This document shows, in pieces, positions 45,214 to 53,696 of a stretch of 53,696 bases of DNA (position 1 is its first letter; every line of letters starts with the position of its first letter). The notes below the pieces were generated by a model. The model had not been told where the DNA came from, made no database searches, and saw only the letters and a program-made list of their open reading frames with translations. The stretch spans positions 1-53,696 of the IMG/VR virus record IMGVR_UViG_3300046171_000043. One strand, written 5' to 3'. This DNA is from a virus. Its lineage: Duplodnaviria; Caudoviricetes. A program made the position numbers and the translations under genes.

Positions 45214-47174
45214 TGGGTTTCTGCCCAATTTTTTCCTATGTCAGATGAACCAGGTGTAGGTATCTTGAATCCTAGCTCTTGACCAGTCTCAAGCATACAC
45301 TGTTCTTGGATCTGACCAAGACGTCTGGCTTCTTCCTCTGTACCTATAACCTCTACTTGGTATTCATCGTGAATGAACCCTACCATCTTGAAGTTGATAC
45401 CTTCCTTACGTGCTGCGTCATGCCACCGTAGGAGTGTGTGCTTCATGAGGCAAGCCTCACCATTCTGAAGGATACCTGCTAATGCTTTGTGTGCATTGGG
45501 TACAACAACCTTACGTCCATCGTATCCTTTGAAGTAACCTTGCTCTGCTACGTATGGAATCAATCTGTTCTTTAGATTGTATAGCCCATCAATAGACATC
45601 TCAAATCGAGTACGTGCATCCTGTGCTTCTTTCATGTTGACCTTAAGGATCTGTGCAGTCTTAGCTACACCTGCACCTAGCAGCCAAGCATAGATGAATG
45701 TCTTAGCCATGTCTCGTGTACCGTTGGGTACGTCCAAGGCTTTCTTGTTGAGGTTGTGAATGTCTGTCTCGTCTTCCTTCTTACCTACCATGATAGCTTG
45801 TGCATACTGGTCTGCATCAAAGTGTCTCCAAAGATAGTCGGCTAATACTCTAAGCTGAATACCATCAGCATCAGTGCCAACCAACCAAGAACCAGAAGGA
45901 ACAGTCCAACAAGCACGTAGATGTAGATCATATTGTTTCTTTACCTCTTCTACTGGTGACTTAGCATCACCGTGGAATGGTGAAGATATGTTAGCTGTGT
46001 TAGGGTCTTTGTGTGCACAACGTCCTGTCCATGCACCAATGCTCTGAATCCTACCATGTATACGTGAGTCGTCCTTACACTGGCCTATCCACTCCACCAG
46101 TGAGCTTCGTCTACCTTCAAGGGTCAACCACTGGGCTAGAGCTTTGGCTCCTGTAGGGGCATCGTCAGGCAGTGTACTAAGGTTTGCCTCTGATACAGTG
46201 AAACCGTAACGATCAAGGTCAGCTTTCTTGTTGTCGTAGAACTCTTGGTCCATTGCCTCCACAGATTTACCGTAGGGGTCACCAACTTTCTTACGTGCAA
46301 AGTTGATAGCTGTCTTGGTTTTGTCTACAGGTTTCCAACCTGCATCCCACAGTGCATCAATACGATCCTTGGATGATCCGGGATTGAACTCTATCCAGTC
46401 AAAGCATACTAGTTCTTCACCCACTTCTACTATGGTTAGTGCATACTTTTCTTTTGCTTTGGTTACTGTAGCCATTTCAGTACCATCTTTCTTTAGTCGG
46501 TACTTCAAACGATTTACCTCTTCCATCTTGGGTGGGAAGTCTACCTGGAATTGTTCTTCCAATGTCTTCATCTTTTGTTGCACAGAGTTAAGAAGGAACT
46601 CAGCTTTGTTCTTGTCAAACTGAAAGCCGTAGTACTGTGTACGTACTAGCTCTATCTGCACATCGTGCTCTGTTCTCAGAGAAAGTTTCCAATCATTATC
46701 CCAAATAGTAGAAGAGAAATGTTCATAAAGAGCATGAGTAACCTCGATGTCTCCATACCAGTATTCAACCATTTCATCACTGAACTTATCAAACTCATGG
46801 AAATCTCCTTTATGTTTACCTAGTCGGATACCCCAAGCCTGTAGGCTGTGAGGAAACTGTGCACCCTTGGGTGTGTCAATGTCGTAGTTCACAAGTCTAC
46901 TGATAACCAAAGTGTCTATGACTTTCTTTGGATCAATCAATCTAGGCTTGAGTAGTTTGTTTAACATGGGTGCATCAAACTGAATGAAGTTGTGACCAAC
47001 AATCAGGTCAGCAGATTCATACCATTCAATAGCTGCAGCCTTAGCTACAGGATCTTCATGGCAGTTCTCAAACTTGTGTACTTCACCTGTTGTGAGATCC
47101 TTACCACCACACAACCACAGCTTATCACTCCCCTCTAGTCCGTTAGTTTCTATATCACTAACGACTATCTTCAT
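45210..47174 (-). CDS. polA: DNA polymerase, family A (T7-like) with 3'-5' exonuclease
   Basis: DIET, GHN...FD, TGR, DADGIQLR, AKTFIYAWL, HDE motifs. Confidence 0.95.
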   Translation of the reverse strand: MKIVVSDIETNGLEGSDKLWLCGGKDLTTGEVHKFENCHEDPVAKAAAIEWYESADLIVGHNFIQFDAPMLNKLLKPRLIDPKKVIDTLVISRLVNYDIDTPKGAQFPHSLQAWGIRLGKHKGDFHEFDKFSDEMVEYWYGDIEVTHALYEHFSSTIWDNDWKLSLRTEHDVQIELVRTQYYGFQFDKNKAEFLLNSVQQKMKTLEEQFQVDFPPKMEEVNRLKYRLKKDGTEMATVTKAKEKYALTIVEVGEELVCFDWIEFNPGSSKDRIDALWDAGWKPVDKTKTAINFARKKVGDPYGKSVEAMDQEFYDNKKADLDRYGFTVSEANLSTLPDDAPTGAKALAQWLTLEGRRSSLVEWIGQCKDDSRIHGRIQSIGAWTGRCAHKDPNTANISSPFHGDAKSPVEEVKKQYDLHLRACWTVPSGSWLVGTDADGIQLRVLADYLWRHFDADQYAQAIMVGKKEDETDIHNLNKKALDVPNGTRDMAKTFIYAWLLGAGVAKTAQILKVNMKEAQDARTRFEMSIDGLYNLKNRLIPYVAEQGYFKGYDGRKVVVPNAHKALAGILQNGEACLMKHTLLRWHDAARKEGINFKMVGFIHDEYQVEVIGTEEEARRLGQIQEQCMLETGQELGFKIPTPGSSDIGKNWAETH

Positions 47175-48769
47175 ACGTCCCAATGTACTTCCTCCAAGAT
47201 AGTAGTGTCTGGATCATAGAAGACTGATCCTGCATTACCTAACTTAGCAAAAGGTCTGTTCTTGTCAACGATGAATTGAGTAGTGTTACGTACTATGTCA
47301 TCATCAGATTCTGTGTCACGATTAAGTTTGATACAGATGATGGCCTCTTCTTCAAGGGAAGCTGCATACTTAGTACGTCCATCCTCATTCACCTGAGAGA
47401 TAAAGACAACACCAATGTTCAACTCCTTAGCAAGCTGTGCCATACGTGCACCAAGTGTAGTCAGTGTACTGGTGGCAGCATCCACACCTGAGTTAGACAG
47501 GTAGGCTAGACGTTGGACGTGATCAATAAAGATAAACTCTGCACCGTATACTGTGGAGGCAAGACGTACATACTCCAACAGTTGCATTGGATCATCATGT
47601 GATTGCATCTCAAAGATCACAGTGTTCTCACCACCTGCCATCTTTTGTGCAGCCTGGATTACTTGCTCTTCAGTAAAACCTGTGGCCTCTGCATCCTCTT
47701 TGGTACGGACGTTGTGGCCTAGCTCGTAGGTTGCCATAGCACGGTAGGTTGTGGACTTCATCTCTTCCATGTGGAGTAGGGCAACACGAGTGTTCTGTCT
47801 GAGTAGACCAACCTCAAAGTATCTGACTAGCTCAGTCTTACCTTGGCCTCGTAATGCTTTGATGAATGTCAGCCCACCCTTCACAAGGCCACGGATCTTG
47901 TCATCGATTCCTGTGTGTCCAGTGGGTACATACTCGTATGGGTTCTCTGTTGTGATAGCTTTCTCAACTTCAAGATCACCAACAAAGAAGTTGTCAGGAC
48001 TGAATCGTTGAGGCTTGAGTGCTGCCCACTTCAAGTCATCACCATCACCGTTCATCAAGAACTCGTTGGCATCTTTCCACTTGGACATAGGCACGTAGTA
48101 AAACTTCTCAGGCATCATGCTGTAAAGCTTCTGCGCTGCGGCCTTACCTGCAGCATCAGATAGTTCACCTGCATACACAACCTCAGAGAATGAATTGATG
48201 TACTCAAAGTTATCCTTCAAGAACTTCTCTGACAGTGAGGCACTAGGCAGTGACTTCACAGGGTAGGACTTACCTAGAACCTGATACAAACTGGCTGCAT
48301 CAAACTCACCCTCTGTAATGTACAGACGTTTGCTTGAACCTGCGTTGAAGTCAGGACCAAACAGATCCGTAGGTGACCCACGTTCTTTAGTCCAGAACTT
48401 CTTCTCTGCATAGCCACGATACTTGACGTTGTTAGGATACTTGAATGCGTAACGTACTGGTGTGTTGTTCTCACCGAACTGCAACTGAATGTTGTACAGC
48501 TTTGCTACGTCTTCATCCAAGCCACGAATGTCATTGAACCTACCAGTAATTATCTTGGTGTTACGTAGGTCAACCTTCGGTGGAGGGGGAGGGTAGGTAG
48601 ACTCAGCCCAATCAAACTTCTTATCTGAGTTGGGGTAGCCTCTACCACAGGAGTGACACTTACCAATCTTGCTGTTGATGTTGTAAGAGAAAGCATCACT
48701 GCTTGCACAATCCTCGAAGGGGCAAGGCTGATGTGCTATCTCTCCGTTGCTGCTCACTACTGCTGTCAT
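47171..48769 (-). CDS. Primase-helicase (T7 gp4-like)
   Basis: Zinc ribbon CPFEDC..CHSC, TOPRIM EGEFDA, KDANE, Walker A GQGKT, IDH, KNR. Confidence 0.92.
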   Translation of the reverse strand: MTAVVSSNGEIAHQPCPFEDCASSDAFSYNINSKIGKCHSCGRGYPNSDKKFDWAESTYPPPPPKVDLRNTKIITGRFNDIRGLDEDVAKLYNIQLQFGENNTPVRYAFKYPNNVKYRGYAEKKFWTKERGSPTDLFGPDFNAGSSKRLYITEGEFDAASLYQVLGKSYPVKSLPSASLSEKFLKDNFEYINSFSEVVYAGELSDAAGKAAAQKLYSMMPEKFYYVPMSKWKDANEFLMNGDGDDLKWAALKPQRFSPDNFFVGDLEVEKAITTENPYEYVPTGHTGIDDKIRGLVKGGLTFIKALRGQGKTELVRYFEVGLLRQNTRVALLHMEEMKSTTYRAMATYELGHNVRTKEDAEATGFTEEQVIQAAQKMAGGENTVIFEMQSHDDPMQLLEYVRLASTVYGAEFIFIDHVQRLAYLSNSGVDAATSTLTTLGARMAQLAKELNIGVVFISQVNEDGRTKYAASLEEEAIICIKLNRDTESDDDIVRNTTQFIVDKNRPFAKLGNAGSVFYDPDTTILEEVHWDV

Positions 48770-48881
48770 TACACTGTTCCTTTTCTATTGATCTCTTTCT
48801 TTCACAACTATCCATAGCACGAATCTTGTCACGATACCACTCATTTCCTAGTGGCTTCCTCCCCTCAGGTAACTTGCTCAT
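48696..48881 (-). CDS. Small hypothetical protein
   Basis: ORF between thyX and primase; overlaps the primase start. Confidence 0.4.
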   Translation of the reverse strand: MSKLPEGRKPLGNEWYRDKIRAMDSCERKRSIEKEQCNDSSSEQQRRDSTSALPLRGLCKQ

Positions 48882-49612
48882 TCGTCATCGTCCGTCAGAG
48901 CATCCCAAGATACAGGAAACAAATCAAGCATTGCTCTGTCAATCTGGTTGGCTACCTCTCTTGTCTCTGCCTGTGTGTCAGGCTTACACCGTAGGTTACA
49001 CATCCTAGCAAAGGCATCCAGGCTACCTGACCAGTACCACTCAGTCATCATGGACTGTGGTAGTATCATACGTGCTTGCTCTGGTGATACTCCCTTGGAC
49101 AGTAGGTACTTGTAGTCGTGCTTTGCACAGGACACCATACTGTTAGCAACATCAGGATCAATGTCTTCTATTACACCTTCACTGCCTTGCTTCTTATCTT
49201 CACTACGTCCTCTCCATACATCAGGCACATAGAACTCAGGATCTTCATCCACGTAACGTCTGCTTATTTCGTTCCATCTGAGAAAGGAATGCTTCACAAG
49301 TTGACGTGCCACAAACACTGGTGCTTTCACATGGAAGGATGCAAAGGCATGACCAAATGGGCTGATGTGTTTGTGCTTGGCAAGGTAACGTATCAGCTTG
49401 GTATCCTTTTCTTTTAGGATTAGTCTATTAACAGGGATATCTATGTAGCAGTCAGTACATAGAAAGTCTACCCCTTGATATTTTCTAAGGGCTAGACCAC
49501 CACAGTTGAAACATTTGTCCTCAAACTCAGACTCTTTCCCAAAGCTAACTCGTGCAGCATTCACAACTGACAGGTCAGATCCCATGTGGTCTATGTATGT
49601 TGCTTCAATCAT
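48878..49612 (-). CDS. thyX: Flavin-dependent thymidylate synthase (likely start 49612)
   Basis: VVNAARVSF, H.SPF, RQLVKH...NEISRRY, EQARMILP, LR. Confidence 0.93.
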   Translation of the reverse strand: MIEATYIDHMGSDLSVVNAARVSFGKESEFEDKCFNCGGLALRKYQGVDFLCTDCYIDIPVNRLILKEKDTKLIRYLAKHKHISPFGHAFASFHVKAPVFVARQLVKHSFLRWNEISRRYVDEDPEFYVPDVWRGRSEDKKQGSEGVIEDIDPDVANSMVSCAKHDYKYLLSKGVSPEQARMILPQSMMTEWYWSGSLDAFARMCNLRCKPDTQAETREVANQIDRAMLDLFPVSWDALTDDDE

Positions 49613-49779
49613 TTTACTTTCACCTCCAAGCAAACCACTGCCTCACCTTGATGGTTGAGCATGACCTGCGCTTTGTCTAGTGCCTCTGTGCACTCTTCCT
49701 TCTTTGGAAAGGAATTGATCTGATAGTACTCAACCCCTTGACTTGTTGTCACTTGAATCCAGACTAAAACCCAGACCAT
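49609..49779 (-). CDS. Small protein (56 aa, MVWVLVWIQ...) with a Cys pair
   Basis: Hand-translated; SD AGGAGG; ATGA overlap with thyX. Confidence 0.7.
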   Translation of the reverse strand: MVWVLVWIQVTTSQGVEYYQINSFPKKEECTEALDKAQVMLNHQGEAVVCLEVKVK

Positions 49780-49795
49780 ATTTTCCTCCTAGTAT

Positions 49796-49872
49796 TGGCC
49801 CACCCTGAAGGACTCGAACCCTCAACCTGCCGATTAGAAGTCGGCTGCTCTATCCAGTTGAGCTAAGGGTGG
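49796..49872 (-). tRNA. tRNA-Arg (anticodon UCU), CCA encoded
   Basis: Cloverleaf: CCACCCT/AGGGTGG acceptor, GCCGA-CTTCTAA-TCGGC anticodon arm, GTTCGAGTC T-loop. Confidence 0.95.
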
Positions 49873-49883
49873 TATAACATTTG

Positions 49884-50069
49884 TTAGAACAGGGGATACC
49901 AAACCTCACCTGCGTCCCTCATACACTTAGCTTCTTCAAGCCAACGTTTCAAGAGGTCAGCACGTTGAAAGTTTCCATCCCATTCCAGGTCATCTACATC
50001 TTTCTGTAGGTCTGACACATATCTCTCTAGACTGATCAGCTTTTCCTTCTCGTAATTTAGGTATCTCAT
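49884..50069 (-). CDS. Hypothetical protein
   Basis: Strong SD; ends WYPLF. Confidence 0.7.
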   Translation of the reverse strand: MRYLNYEKEKLISLERYVSDLQKDVDDLEWDGNFQRADLLKRWLEEAKCMRDAGEVWYPLF

Positions 50070-50110
50070 AACACATCCTCCCTACCCAGTAAGTTACGTC
50101 ATCGTGTGGA

Positions 50111-50359
50111 TCATCTGTCCATGTAGTCCTTATCCCACTCAATCTGTATGTCCTTCCCTGTTATTTGAGACAGAGCTTTGACAACAGACTCAGATCCTTT
50201 TTCAAACCCTTCATCGTAGGCATCTGCTATCTCTTCTTTGTCGTTGTACTGTCGGTACAGGAAACCTGCGAGAAAGGACAACACAACAAGCAGAATAGTC
50301 ACAGGCTCTGGTATATAAATATTCAATGGTACATCCTCAAATCTTTTTGTTCTTTCCAT
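50111..50359 (-). CDS. Hypothetical membrane protein
   Basis: One TM segment, AY.EGF.KG motif; start uncertain. Confidence 0.6.
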   Translation of the reverse strand: MERTKRFEDVPLNIYIPEPVTILLVVLSFLAGFLYRQYNDKEEIADAYDEGFEKGSESVVKALSQITGKDIQIEWDKDYMDR

Positions 50360-50523
50360 TTATGAAACTGATCTGCTGTTAGACCTTGTTCCTCCATGAA
50401 CTCTTGAAGATCGTAGACTGATTCCATCAGTTCACTGTTGGTCAACATAACCTTCTTCAACAGTCCATCTGGATCCTCATTATTGAGGACGTCCAGTATC
50501 ATCTTATATTCTTTTTCGTTCAA
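50323..50523 (-). CDS. Hypothetical protein
   Basis: TTG start with SD AGGAG; ends MYH. Confidence 0.6.
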   Translation of the reverse strand: MNEKEYKMILDVLNNEDPDGLLKKVMLTNSELMESVYDLQEFMEEQGLTADQFHKWKEQKDLRMYH

Positions 50524-50534
50524 CCTTATCTCCT

Positions 50535-50650
50535 ATACTAACAGTAATACTAATAGTATTATATATCTATAAGAGTATAAGAGATATTAGTAATACTATT
50601 AGTATAGTTATCGAGTCGTCTTTTCATTTCAAGAATGACAAATTGTCACA
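50535..50650 (-). repeat. Second ori-like element: TGACA-AAT-TGTCA palindrome, (G)ATAACTA, ACTAATAGTA repeats
   Basis: Mirror of 424-580. Confidence 0.55.
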
Positions 50651-50719
50651 GGTTTGTCTGCCGATACAACCATATGTAAAATACTACGCAGCATATCAGT
50701 ACAATCCATTCAGGTTCCA

Positions 50720-50911
50720 TCACACTAGCATCCTTGTTGTGTAGTTCTTCTGTTGTACTGAACCCTTAGTTATTGTCACTGTGACAGTGTGTCCTGCTTC
50801 TAACAGGTCACACCATACGTCTTCCCAGTTTGATTCCTCACCGTAGGTTCCCTCATTGTATCGGGTTCCTTCACGATCTGTACAGTATATCCGAATCCAT
50901 TTCTTAGACAT
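50720..50911 (-). CDS. Hypothetical early protein
   Basis: ORF with SD GGAGG. Confidence 0.6.
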   Translation of the reverse strand: MSKKWIRIYCTDREGTRYNEGTYGEESNWEDVWCDLLEAGHTVTVTITKGSVQQKNYTTRMLV

Positions 50912-50920
50912 GCTGTCCTC

Positions 50921-51163
50921 CTATCGTTGTAGTCTATGACGTTTGACTACGCAGTGTGTCTCACCACTACCAGATGTGATAGAGAAGAAACCCTTTGAGT
51001 AGTCATTGACTGTGTGTCTGTCCTCACCTCTAACAAGGTGCATGTGATCTATGATAGCCTTACGAGCTTTCATGTGTGAGCTATGGTACAGTGAGTACAA
51101 AGGCTTGTACGTCTGACGTTCTTTGTCCCACTGTGTGTACTCTGCTTCCCAAATATAAGTCAT
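50921..51163 (-). CDS. Hypothetical early protein
   Basis: ORF with SD GAGGAG. Confidence 0.65.
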   Translation of the reverse strand: MTYIWEAEYTQWDKERQTYKPLYSLYHSSHMKARKAIIDHMHLVRGEDRHTVNDYSKGFFSITSGSGETHCVVKRHRLQR

Positions 51164-51333
51164 TGTTTTTTCTCCTCTCTTATATCATGGACAATTCGTT
51201 GTAGTCTTTCAACTGATTCTCGTGGAATAGTCAGCACCTTCGTGCTGTCCACATGGTCAATGGTTAGTGTACCATCAGCATTAAACTTTGCTGACCAACC
51301 ATGACTTAGGTCTGCTTCTCTTAGTACTGTCAT
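51160..51333 (-). CDS. Hypothetical early protein (likely start MTVLRE)
   Basis: ATGA overlap with the methylase stop. Confidence 0.6.
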   Translation of the reverse strand: MTVLREADLSHGWSAKFNADGTLTIDHVDSTKVLTIPRESVERLQRIVHDIREEKKQ

Positions 51334-52460
51334 GCTATCATTCCCTTCATGATATGTTTGATAACGTCTACTGTCCAACCATTGCCAAGCATCTTGTAGC
51401 GTTGGGTGTTGGACACATGGTCTGTGTACCCATCAGGTACGGTTTGTAATCTCTCGCATTCCACTGGTGATAATTTTCTCCACGTTGTTCCTTCGTCTAA
51501 GGTCAGGTGATTGTTGTGTTCCCAACTACTAGTACTTAGGGTAGGTGTCTTACCATTCAATGCTTTTAATCCACCTTTGTTGTAACCCCTTGATTTCTGT
51601 AGAATCTTTGGTTGAGTTTTTGCAACAACAGAATCTTTCTGCACTGTTGTAAGACAACCTGCTTTGTTATCTTTGCGTAGCTCTAACCTAGCCTGTGGCT
51701 TGATACTCTTGTCATTGTCTTTACGTTTACCATCCTTGTCTAGTCTACGGTTGACAATTCGTGCACCTGTCACGTCCAGTTTGTTATCACCTGATCCGAA
51801 TACAATCTGTCGTCTACTCTTTTCAAAGTACAGCCGTACATTGGATGCACCACCACCTTTGTAGTAACTAGCATCCAAGCAGTAGGACTTGTCACGGTCT
51901 GTGAATCCATCTTCTAGGATGTCAGCTAGGACAATGCCCTTGTCTTCTGGTAGCCTATCAACAGGAATGTTAGTCCAGTACAAACGCTTCCTGTTCTGAG
52001 CAGAAACCAAGTTGCTGTTGATCTCGATTGGTTCTACCCTCAGGAACTTGGTGATGATGTCTTGTGATTCCTTTTTCATCTTGACGTTCTCAAGTAAGAA
52101 ATACTTAGGCTTTAGTGCGTTAAGCAATCGGACATACTCAAAGAACAAAGTGGATCTTGGATCATCAAAGTTAAGTTGCTTACCTGCAAAGCTGAAGCCT
52201 TGGCAAGGTGACCCACCAATCAACAGATCAATGTCGTACAGTTCACCCACACCATTCTCGTTCATAGCATGTAGTGCGTTGTGTTTGGTGTGTACATCAC
52301 GAACATCACCAAGGTGCACCATGTCAGGGTAGTTGGCCTTGGCTACTTTGATTGCGTACTTGTCAATCTCAGCAGCAAAGTATTTATCTACTGGAATGCC
52401 AAGCTCATCCAATGCGATCTGACCACATGACATTCCGTCAAACAAACTAAGTACGTTCAT
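51330..52460 (-). CDS. DNA (cytosine-5) methyltransferase (likely start 52460)
   Basis: LSLFDG, EID, GDV, GGSPCQ, ENV, Q.RKR, ERLQ, LGNGW. Confidence 0.93.
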   Translation of the reverse strand: MNVLSLFDGMSCGQIALDELGIPVDKYFAAEIDKYAIKVAKANYPDMVHLGDVRDVHTKHNALHAMNENGVGELYDIDLLIGGSPCQGFSFAGKQLNFDDPRSTLFFEYVRLLNALKPKYFLLENVKMKKESQDIITKFLRVEPIEINSNLVSAQNRKRLYWTNIPVDRLPEDKGIVLADILEDGFTDRDKSYCLDASYYKGGGASNVRLYFEKSRRQIVFGSGDNKLDVTGARIVNRRLDKDGKRKDNDKSIKPQARLELRKDNKAGCLTTVQKDSVVAKTQPKILQKSRGYNKGGLKALNGKTPTLSTSSWEHNNHLTLDEGTTWRKLSPVECERLQTVPDGYTDHVSNTQRYKMLGNGWTVDVIKHIMKGMIA

Positions 52461-52492
52461 CACTGCTTCCTCCAATAATACGTTGTCGTAAT

Positions 52493-52864
52493 CTAGTCCA
52501 ACAGTAGCAGTTCTTCTTTCCATCTCATAGCTGTGCCGATTTCATCCCACCGTGCATCCGTCTGTTGAGATACAGTCGTCACGGAATCCTTGTAGTGCAT
52601 CCCATACTGTCTCTGTCCAAGAGACTTTGTTATTCTACTGCTAGTTCCATCACTACTCCTCCCTGTGCTCTGTCCGTGATATGTACAGTACCCATCGTCA
52701 ATCAAACGTTTTGCTGTACGTCCGTACCACCCCTGCAATCTCCAAGCTAAACCTGTGTCAATCAGGTACTGCCATGCGGCTGTCTCTTCAAACTCGTCAG
52801 CAGATACTATCTGTTCACATATCTGCACAGCTAACTCTGGTGTGAATGTATACTCTTTCATCAT
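52493..52864 (-). CDS. Hypothetical early protein; 3' part probably a second, frameshifted gene
   Basis: AWQYLIDTG.AW.LQGWYGRTA motif; internal SD+ATG near 52650 with frame-broken SWTETVWDAL...WDEIGTAM.W. Confidence 0.5.
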   Translation of the reverse strand: MMKEYTFTPELAVQICEQIVSADEFEETAAWQYLIDTGLAWRLQGWYGRTAKRLIDDGYCTYHGQSTGRSSDGTSSRITKSLGQRQYGMHYKDSVTTVSQQTDARWDEIGTAMRWKEELLLLD

Positions 52865-53056
52865 TTTACCACCTCAATAAATCCGAATCCCCCACCGTTA
52901 CCCCTCTTCATCCTGTGATAGGGATAGCTCTACCTTCTGCCCACCTATTGATAGTGTGAACACTGGCATAGGTTCCAACAGGTATTCATCTTCATACCAT
53001 TTGAATCCGATAATCTTTGCACCAATCAACTGTGCATAATACTTTTTCATATCCAT
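52861..53056 (-). CDS. Hypothetical early protein with a 1-bp insertion at 52901-52904
   Basis: MDMKKYYAQLIGAKI...SQDEEG; removing one G gives NGGGFGFIEVVK and an ATGA overlap with the next gene. Confidence 0.55.
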
Positions 53057-53310
53057 TATTCTTCCTCCGTTTCTAGTGCTTCCTGTTGTGCTTCAAACGA
53101 CAGCACCCACTGTTCCAATCTGTTCAGTTCCTTCTCCCAGTTGTGCTTGTTCTGTTGATCTATTGCTAGATCAGTTGACACCCAAGATGGTCGGACACCT
53201 GTGCCATGTTGTTTGATCAACCTATCAATCTTTCCTGTGTAATAGTTGACACGTTCCTGTGCATTGTCACGCATGTTACATGCTACTTCGTAGTTGATTG
53301 GATTGTTCAT
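53056..53310 (-). CDS. Hypothetical early protein
   Basis: SD GGAGG; GVRPSWVSTD motif. Confidence 0.7.
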   Translation of the reverse strand: MNNPINYEVACNMRDNAQERVNYYTGKIDRLIKQHGTGVRPSWVSTDLAIDQQNKHNWEKELNRLEQWVLSFEAQQEALETEEE

Positions 53311-53312
53311 TG

Positions 53313-53532
53313 TTACACCTCCATGTCTAACAGTGTTGAATAGATATTGTTGTAAGTATACTTTGCACCATCAGGTGTCTTTGTTCCTGTCAATGTTTTG
53401 GCTAGTATACCTGCGGCTTTCTTGGCACCCATTGACGACACCATAATGTAAGCTGCACCATAGAGTGTTTCATCGTATTGATCCAAAGGGACACGTTCCA
53501 GTAATCCCAACTCTTAGTCCGTTGTATCCCAT
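53313..53532 (-). CDS. Hypothetical early protein with 5' indels
   Basis: MGYNG...WDYWNVSLWIN / DETLY pieces lie in different frames. Confidence 0.5.
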
Positions 53533-53653
53533 CTTATACGTCCTTCCACATTACATAATTTATTAACATCGTTACTACGATTATCGTAACCATTACGATG
53601 ATTGCTTCACCTTGGTCAAGTATGATTGGTGCCAATGCACAAACAAACATTGC

Positions 53654-53666
53654 TAACCCATTGATT
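53654..53666. promoter_or_regulatory. IHF-consensus site near the right end
   Basis: TAACCCATTGATT matches YAANNNNTTGATW. Confidence 0.35.
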
Positions 53667-53696
53667 AGAAACAAAAGAAAAATCGATATCTTTTCC

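Noticed and set aside
40990-48769. Introns or inteins in nrdJ, polA or helicase
   Set aside because: ORFs are continuous and of compact size, with no splicing motifs or homing endonucleases.
52460-53532. Decaying early genes
   Set aside because: Multiple indels cluster at the contig end, consistent with low-coverage consensus rather than real pseudogenes.
1-53696. Direct terminal repeats
   Set aside because: No matching sequence seen between the two window ends; the genome may be incomplete or permuted.

Overview
Apparently near-complete genome (~53.7 kb, low GC) of a lytic marine podovirus-type dsDNA phage, probably infecting an alphaproteobacterium (Roseobacter-like; inferred from a DUF1127 gene, class II RNR and the gene layout). 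No RNA polymerase or integrase is visible. Two arms converge on a bidirectional terminator at ~39.7 kb. The + arm carries lysis genes, small basic proteins, terminase, portal, scaffold, capsid, tail, Cys-rich fibre proteins, a sugar-modification cassette and large internal virion proteins. The - arm carries early ORFs, a C5 DNA methylase, tRNA-Arg(UCU), ThyX, primase-helicase, Pol A, SSB, nucleases, MazG and NrdJ. The most striking locus (17.3-29.1 kb) is an ADP-heptose-type pathway (GmhB, HldC, HldA, HldD, a cupin, no GmhA) plus a GT9-like glycosyltransferase and an O-carbamoyltransferase, directly behind three unusually Cys-rich tail proteins. It is a candidate virion (S-)glycosylation system. 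Other signals: near-total GCTGG/CCAGC avoidance except in the terL-portal segment; a repeated CC/C(U)AC internal-loop RNA motif in the scaffold and capsid leaders; a recurrent xxGG peptide motif in putative internal proteins; a DUF1127 gene with an SD-sequestering hairpin; helically phased palindromes at the left end; and twin ori-like AT-rich elements. Several single-base indels (terL, scaffold, right-end ORFs) look like sequencing errors. All assignments come from motif recognition by eye, with no database searches.
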